From assembly GCA_963744995.1 (NCBI GenBank), contig CAVUWA010000005.1, positions 128,001-192,000 on the forward strand: a DNA stretch of 64,000 bases, in the 5' to 3' direction. Positions 59,795 through 64,000 of this stretch are shown here, one piece after another. The position numbers and the translations under genes are program-made. Each line of letters begins with the position of its first letter. Position 1 is the stretch's first letter. This DNA comes from Candidatus Eiseniibacteriota bacterium (GTDB lineage Bacteria > Eisenbacteria > RBG-16-71-46). The notes below the pieces were generated by a model, which made no database searches, was not told where the DNA came from, and worked only from the letters and a program-made list of their open reading frames with translations.

Positions 59795-60391
59795 TCACGC
59801 GTAAGGCGAGGCGCCGCCCTTGGACGGACGGTAATAGGGATTGTGTCCGCCGGCGTGATCGGTGGAGTCGACGATCTCGCGGATCGCCGGCACGGACTCG
59901 CGGATCCGGACCTCGATACCCTGCTTGAGCGTCACGTCGACCATGCCGCAGCCCTGACAGCCGCCCCCCATCTGGATGAAGGCGGTGCCGTCACGGACGT
60001 CGAGCAGCGTGACGAAGCCGCCATGCTGTGCGACCGCCGGGTTGATCTCCTCGTCGAGGATCTTCTGCACGGCCTGCGCGTCGGCGTCCTTCCAGAGCGG
60101 GTTCGGGTTGTCGATCTTGAACCCCGAGCCCTGCGGGGAGTCGACGAAATCGATGGTCGTACCGTCGAGATTCGTGGCGCTGTCCTCGTCGACGTAGATC
60201 TCGAACCCGCCGCCGTCGATCACCTGGTCCGTGGCGGCGCGGTCGGAGGCCTCGACGAAGCGCATCGCGTAGTCGAATCCGCCGGCGCCGCGGCCGCGGA
60301 TCGCCACGCGCAGCGCGAGGCCGTCCTTCTTCTCGGCGCTGCGGAACTCCAGGATCCTGGCGCGCGCCGTGTCGGTGATGTTGAGCTGCAT
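59795..60391 (-). CDS. nfuA: NfuA-like Fe-S carrier (degenerate A-type domain + Nfu domain)
   Basis: Start reassigned to ATG 60391 (GAGGAG RBS); ITD.A...I, IDF......GFKIDNPN, INP.VA.HGG, MGGGCQGC. Confidence 0.88.
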   Translation of the reverse strand: MQLNITDTARARILEFRSAEKKDGLALRVAIRGRGAGGFDYAMRFVEASDRAATDQVIDGGGFEIYVDEDSATNLDGTTIDFVDSPQGSGFKIDNPNPLWKDADAQAVQKILDEEINPAVAQHGGFVTLLDVRDGTAFIQMGGGCQGCGMVDVTLKQGIEVRIRESVPAIREIVDSTDHAGGHNPYYRPSKGGASPYA

Positions 60392-60411
60392 GGTCGGCTC
60401 CTCGGGTTCGG

Positions 60412-61665
60412 TCAGAAAGGGTTTTCCGCTTCGATGTCGAATTCCAGCGATCGGTGCGCGGCGCGCAGGCCCGCCTCGACCCGTTCCGGGTCGTCCGCGC
60501 GGGCGAAGATGAAGCCCAGGTAGCGTGCACCCTCGGGCAGGGGCACCACGCGGTCGCCGGCCGGAATGGTGATGCGAACGTCCGTCACCGCATCCACCGC
60601 CCGCGCCGCCTCGAGCCCGCGCACCGCCCGCAGCGTTCCCGCGCGGGGAATCGGGATCATCATCACCCCCGCGGCCGCCGATTCGCGCGGCGGCGGCGCC
60701 CCCGCACCGAGCGCATGCGCGAGGAGCACGTCCTCGAGCGTGCGGTCCGGCGCGAAGCGCAGCGCCCGCGAGCATAGCCCGCCGATCGACCGCGGGGCAA
60801 TCTCCAGCGGCCACACGCGGCCGTCGGGCCCGATCCTGAGCTCGGCGTGGAGCGGGCCGTGGGATAGTCCGAGCGCGCCGGCCGCACGCGCCGCCATGTC
60901 GAGCGCGGCCCGCTGCACGGCCTCTGCGAGCCGCGAGGGCGTCACGTAGAGGGTCTCCTCGAAGAACGGACCTTCGAGCGGATCGGGCTTGTCGAAGAAC
61001 GCGAGCGCGTGGAACGTCCCGCGATCGGCGAGCGCCTCGATCGTGACCTCGATGCCCGGTACGTACGCCTCGATCAGCAGCAGGGGCGCCGTCCCGGGCG
61101 ACGCGCGCACGATCGCGGCGGCCCGCGCCAACGCCACCGCGAGCTGCGCGGGGTCGTCGGCGCGGATCACGCCGCGGCTCGCCGACATCGACAGGGGTTT
61201 CACGACGCACGGAAACGGCACGCGGGTGGCGAGCGCCGCCGCGTCGGCGTCGATCGACACCGTCTGGAACGCGGGAACCGGCAGTTGGGCGGCGCGGAAC
61301 GCCTCCCGCGTGCGCCGCTTGTCGAGCGCGGCCGCCACGGCCTCCGGCGGATGGTGCGCGAGGCCGAGCGCGAGCGCGGCGCGCGCCGCCGGCAACGCGC
61401 CGTCGTCGTCGACTGCGATGATCGCGGCGAGCGGGTGTGCGCGGGCGAACGCGATGATTTCGTCCACCGGCGCGGACGGCGACAGCCCGAGCGTGAGATG
61501 CCCCGCGGGGTTCAACGGCGACAGCGCCTGCGCCCGCTCGCTGCCGACGGCCACCCGCACGCCCGCGCGGTGCGCGGCGTCCATGAAGGCGCCGGCGCGG
61601 TACGTTCGTGTCGACATCAGCAGCAGCAGCGTCTCTCCGCTCGGCCGCCGTTCGGGTACGCCCAT
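60412..61665 (-). CDS. ATP-grasp domain protein (amino-acid-ligase-like)
   Basis: DK...RE, FPCVVKP..SASRGV, LIEAYVPG.E, GP.HAE.R, LEIAPRSIGG; start 61665 or 61692. Confidence 0.88.
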   Translation of the reverse strand: MGVPERRPSGETLLLLMSTRTYRAGAFMDAAHRAGVRVAVGSERAQALSPLNPAGHLTLGLSPSAPVDEIIAFARAHPLAAIIAVDDDGALPAARAALALGLAHHPPEAVAAALDKRRTREAFRAAQLPVPAFQTVSIDADAAALATRVPFPCVVKPLSMSASRGVIRADDPAQLAVALARAAAIVRASPGTAPLLLIEAYVPGIEVTIEALADRGTFHALAFFDKPDPLEGPFFEETLYVTPSRLAEAVQRAALDMAARAAGALGLSHGPLHAELRIGPDGRVWPLEIAPRSIGGLCSRALRFAPDRTLEDVLLAHALGAGAPPPRESAAAGVMMIPIPRAGTLRAVRGLEAARAVDAVTDVRITIPAGDRVVPLPEGARYLGFIFARADDPERVEAGLRAAHRSLEFDIEAENPF

Positions 61666-61734
61666 GGACTTCCCAGACTCGATTTTGTTCACAAGATCCG
61701 CCCCGTGGTCGCGACCGTCGCACTGGAGACGCCC

Positions 61735-61920
61735 ATGCCGCCGTACTGCCCCGTTGCCGCCCCGCGGCTTGCCCGCCGTGGTTCGCTCCGGTCCTTCTCG
61801 CCGGCTTCGTGCCGGCCGCGGCGCCCGCGCTCGCCGCGGCCGCCGACAGGACGACGCAGGATACGCCCTGGAAGGTCGGCGGCGACATCGGCCCCACCGA
61901 CATGATTTCGTTCACGACCG
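61735..61920 (+). pseudogene. Possible 5' remnant of a secreted PD40/amidohydrolase-type gene
   Basis: GGAG + ATG 61735, then in a shifted frame a signal-peptide-like stretch and WKVGGDIGPTDMISFTT; the resemblance then stops. Confidence 0.3.
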
Positions 61921-61958
61921 TGGGGGCCGTGCCACGCCACGGCGCCTGCGCCCGCCGC

Positions 61959-62396
61959 TCAGCGCCGATAGCGCGAGACGTAGACGCCGAGACAGCGGTC
62001 CATCACGACGTCGATGCCGGCGGCGATGAGTGCATCCGCTGCCGCCTCGCTCACGATTCCGCTCTGCATCCAGACCGTACGCGGACGTCGCGCCGCGGGC
62101 AGCGCGAGGATCTCGGCCGCGTGCGCGGGCACGTGGGCCGCACGGCGGAACACGTTCACGAGATCGAACGGATCGGGAACCTCGCCGATCGTCGCGTACG
62201 CGCGCTCGCCGAGTGCGGCACGGATCGTGGGATTCACTGGAATGACGCGGATCCCGCGCGCCTGCACGACCCCGGGAATGCCGTAGGCCGGCTGGTCGGC
62301 ATGGCGCTCGTCCTTCATGCCGATCACCGCCGCGACCCGTGTTTCCTTCACGATCGCGGCGAGGTCCGCCTCCGCCTCGACCACCCGGCCGGCCAT
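61959..62396 (-). CDS. CoA-binding protein (YccU-like)
   Basis: AVIG, G.RVIPVNP, DLVNVFR, VW.Q.GI, VVMDRC. Confidence 0.88.
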   Translation of the reverse strand: MAGRVVEAEADLAAIVKETRVAAVIGMKDERHADQPAYGIPGVVQARGIRVIPVNPTIRAALGERAYATIGEVPDPFDLVNVFRRAAHVPAHAAEILALPAARRPRTVWMQSGIVSEAAADALIAAGIDVVMDRCLGVYVSRYRR

Positions 62397-62400
62397 CGCT

Positions 62401-63375
62401 TCAGCGCGCCTCCAGCATCGTTTCCGCGAACGGCCAGGCCTCGTCGCGCCACTGCGCGAGCGCGCGGAACCCCGCGGCCTCGCCCATCGCCTCGGGCTCC
62501 TCGGGCAGGAACTTGTGCGAGCTCTCGGTCCACAGGGTCTCCCCCGCGGCGAACCGCACCTCGAGGTCCGCCCCCGGGATTCGCACGCGCTGCGCGACCG
62601 TCGAGCAGAGGTGCATCTCGACGCGCCGCTCCGCGGCGTTCCAGCGCGCCTCGTGCGTGAACCGCGCGAGATCGAAATCCGCGCCCAGTTCGCGGTTCAG
62701 GCGCGAGAGCAGATTCCGGTCGAAGGCCGCGGTGACCCCGGCAGGATCGTCATAGGCGGCCCGCAGCTGCGACTCGGGCTTCACGAGATCGGTGCCGAGC
62801 AGCAGCCGGTCCCCCGGCCGGAGCAGGGCACGCACGTCGGCGAGGAACGCCACGGCCTCCGTGCGGCCGAAGTTGCCGATCGTGCTGCCGACGAACAGCG
62901 TCAGCAGGCGCGCCCCGTGCGGGCGCCGCGCCGCCACCCGGCCGAGGCCTTCCAGGTACTCGGCCACGATGCCGTGGAAGTGGAGCCCCGGGATCCGGCC
63001 GATCTCGACGCGGCAGTAGGTGATCGCCTGACGCGAGATGTCGATCGGGCAGTACGTCGTCTCGTCCGTATCGGCCAGCGCCTGCAGCAGGTGGCGAACC
63101 TTGCGCCCGCTGCCGCTGCCGAGCTCGGCGACCAGCACCGGCCCTTCCGCGGCGTGCGCGATCGCCGCGGCGTTCGCGCTGAGGATGCGCTCGTCCGCAC
63201 GGGTCAGGCCGTAGGCATCCAGGAACGTGATCGCCTCGAACAGCGCCGAGCCGACCTCGTCGTAGAGGTATTTGGAGGGCAGCGACTTCTGCCCGCCGGC
63301 GCAGAGTCCCGCACGCACGTCCTCCACGAGGCCGGGCGTGACGGGGGCGGCCATGATCTCCTTCGTAACCGTCAC
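62401..63375 (-). CDS. egtD: L-histidine N-alpha-trimethyltransferase
   Basis: GTG 63375 overlaps the egtB stop; KSLPSKYLYD.VGS.LFEAI, ELGSGSG.K, GSTIGNF, AYDD.AGVTAAF, TESSHKF. Confidence 0.92.
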   Translation of the reverse strand: MTVTKEIMAAPVTPGLVEDVRAGLCAGGQKSLPSKYLYDEVGSALFEAITFLDAYGLTRADERILSANAAAIAHAAEGPVLVAELGSGSGRKVRHLLQALADTDETTYCPIDISRQAITYCRVEIGRIPGLHFHGIVAEYLEGLGRVAARRPHGARLLTLFVGSTIGNFGRTEAVAFLADVRALLRPGDRLLLGTDLVKPESQLRAAYDDPAGVTAAFDRNLLSRLNRELGADFDLARFTHEARWNAAERRVEMHLCSTVAQRVRIPGADLEVRFAAGETLWTESSHKFLPEEPEAMGEAAGFRALAQWRDEAWPFAETMLEAR

Positions 63376-64000
63376 GAAGTCGCCAGCCGGAACTTGGCGT
63401 ACATGTACGGATAGCGGCCCTGGAACCAGTTGCGGAACGAACGTCGGAGCATGCACGCCGCCGTACGCGCCGAGCCGCCCTTCATGACGAAGTGGTGCCC
63501 GTCGAAGAAGTTCGCCGAGTAGCCGGGATAGAACGATTTCGCTTCGAAGCCCGCGAACGGCGCGAACTCGGTGGAGGTCCACTCGTAGCCGTTACCGACC
63601 AGATCGTGCACGCCGAACGCGCTCGCGCCGTCGGGGTACGATCCCACGGGCGCCGGATCCCAGCGATGGAAATCGAAGTTGCCGTGCCGCGCCTCGGGCG
63701 GAGTCTCGCCCCACGGGTACTCGCGTTCGTCCCCTTCGGGGGTTCCGTACGCGGCGCGGTGGAACTCGGGCTCCGTCGGCAGCCGCCGCCCGGCCCAGCG
63801 TGCGTAGGCCCTGGCCTCGGCCAGGCTCACGTACACGGGCCAGCTGTGCGGCAACAGCATCTCGCTGAACATGCCGCGCTGATACCAGCCGTTGTCGCGA
63901 CGGACCCAGAACCCCGGATGCAGGAGTCCGGAATCTTCACGCCATGCCCAGTCGGCATCGCTCCAGAAGCGCCGCTTCGCATAGCCGCCGTCCTTCAGGA
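63372..64000 (-). CDS. egtB: EgtB-like sulfoxide synthase, C-terminal FGE-sulfatase domain (5' part outside the window)
   Basis: PVYVS..EA.AYA.W...RLPTE.E, GN.YEWT, YPGYSA.FFD..H.V.KGGS, RRSFRNWF; directly upstream of egtD. Confidence 0.8.
   Translation of the reverse strand, partial: LKDGGYAKRRFWSDADWAWREDSGLLHPGFWVRRDNGWYQRGMFSEMLLPHSWPVYVSLAEARAYARWAGRRLPTEPEFHRAAYGTPEGDEREYPWGETPPEARHGNFDFHRWDPAPVGSYPDGASAFGVHDLVGNGYEWTSTEFAPFAGFEAKSFYPGYSANFFDGHHFVMKGGSARTAACMLRRSFRNWFQGRYPYMYAKFRLATS

Noticed and set aside
59795..61915. 706-aa ORF as a large NfuA fusion
   Set aside because: Only the last 198 aa are NfuA-like and have their own RBS; the rest overlaps the ATP-grasp gene out of frame.
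61689..61940. 83-aa minus-strand ORF as a RiPP precursor for the ATP-grasp/radical SAM pair
   Set aside because: No leader/core pattern or convincing RBS; composition resembles a shadow ORF.

Overview
High-GC (roughly 70%) bacterial chromosome segment. The gene content (PorV-like barrel, FlgD-Ig C-termini, short W/F-G-x-x-K-x-x-Y tails) suggests an FCB-group lineage such as Ca. Eisenbacteria, but this is inference only. In order: (1) an exported alpha-glucan capture locus of CBM48 lipoproteins and a secreted GH13; (2) a Ser/Thr kinase-beta-propeller gene broken by two frameshifts; (3) a 14-kb respiratory island with six multiheme cytochromes (73 CxxCH motifs by hand count) and two convergent paralogous Rieske/cytochrome b/nonaheme cassettes, where one cytochrome b has lost both heme bH ligands; (4) MalK-like ATPase, CBM20-esterase, DedA, MBL hydrolase and sucA-sucB-lpdA; (5) an 8-gene operon combining a large Ig-repeat protein with a T9SS/FlgD-like C-terminus, a PorV-like barrel, a long TPR protein and ExbB/ExbD/ExbD/TonB; (6) an ABC-2 exporter, a BNR lipoprotein and a two-permease RND pump; (7) an egtB-egtD / ATP-grasp / NfuA / radical SAM block whose radical SAM almost certainly reads through UGA as selenocysteine (C-U-A-E-P tail). 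Two unrelated secreted proteins share a short C-terminal tail that looks like a sorting signal. No rRNA, tRNA, CRISPR array or mobile element was recognised.
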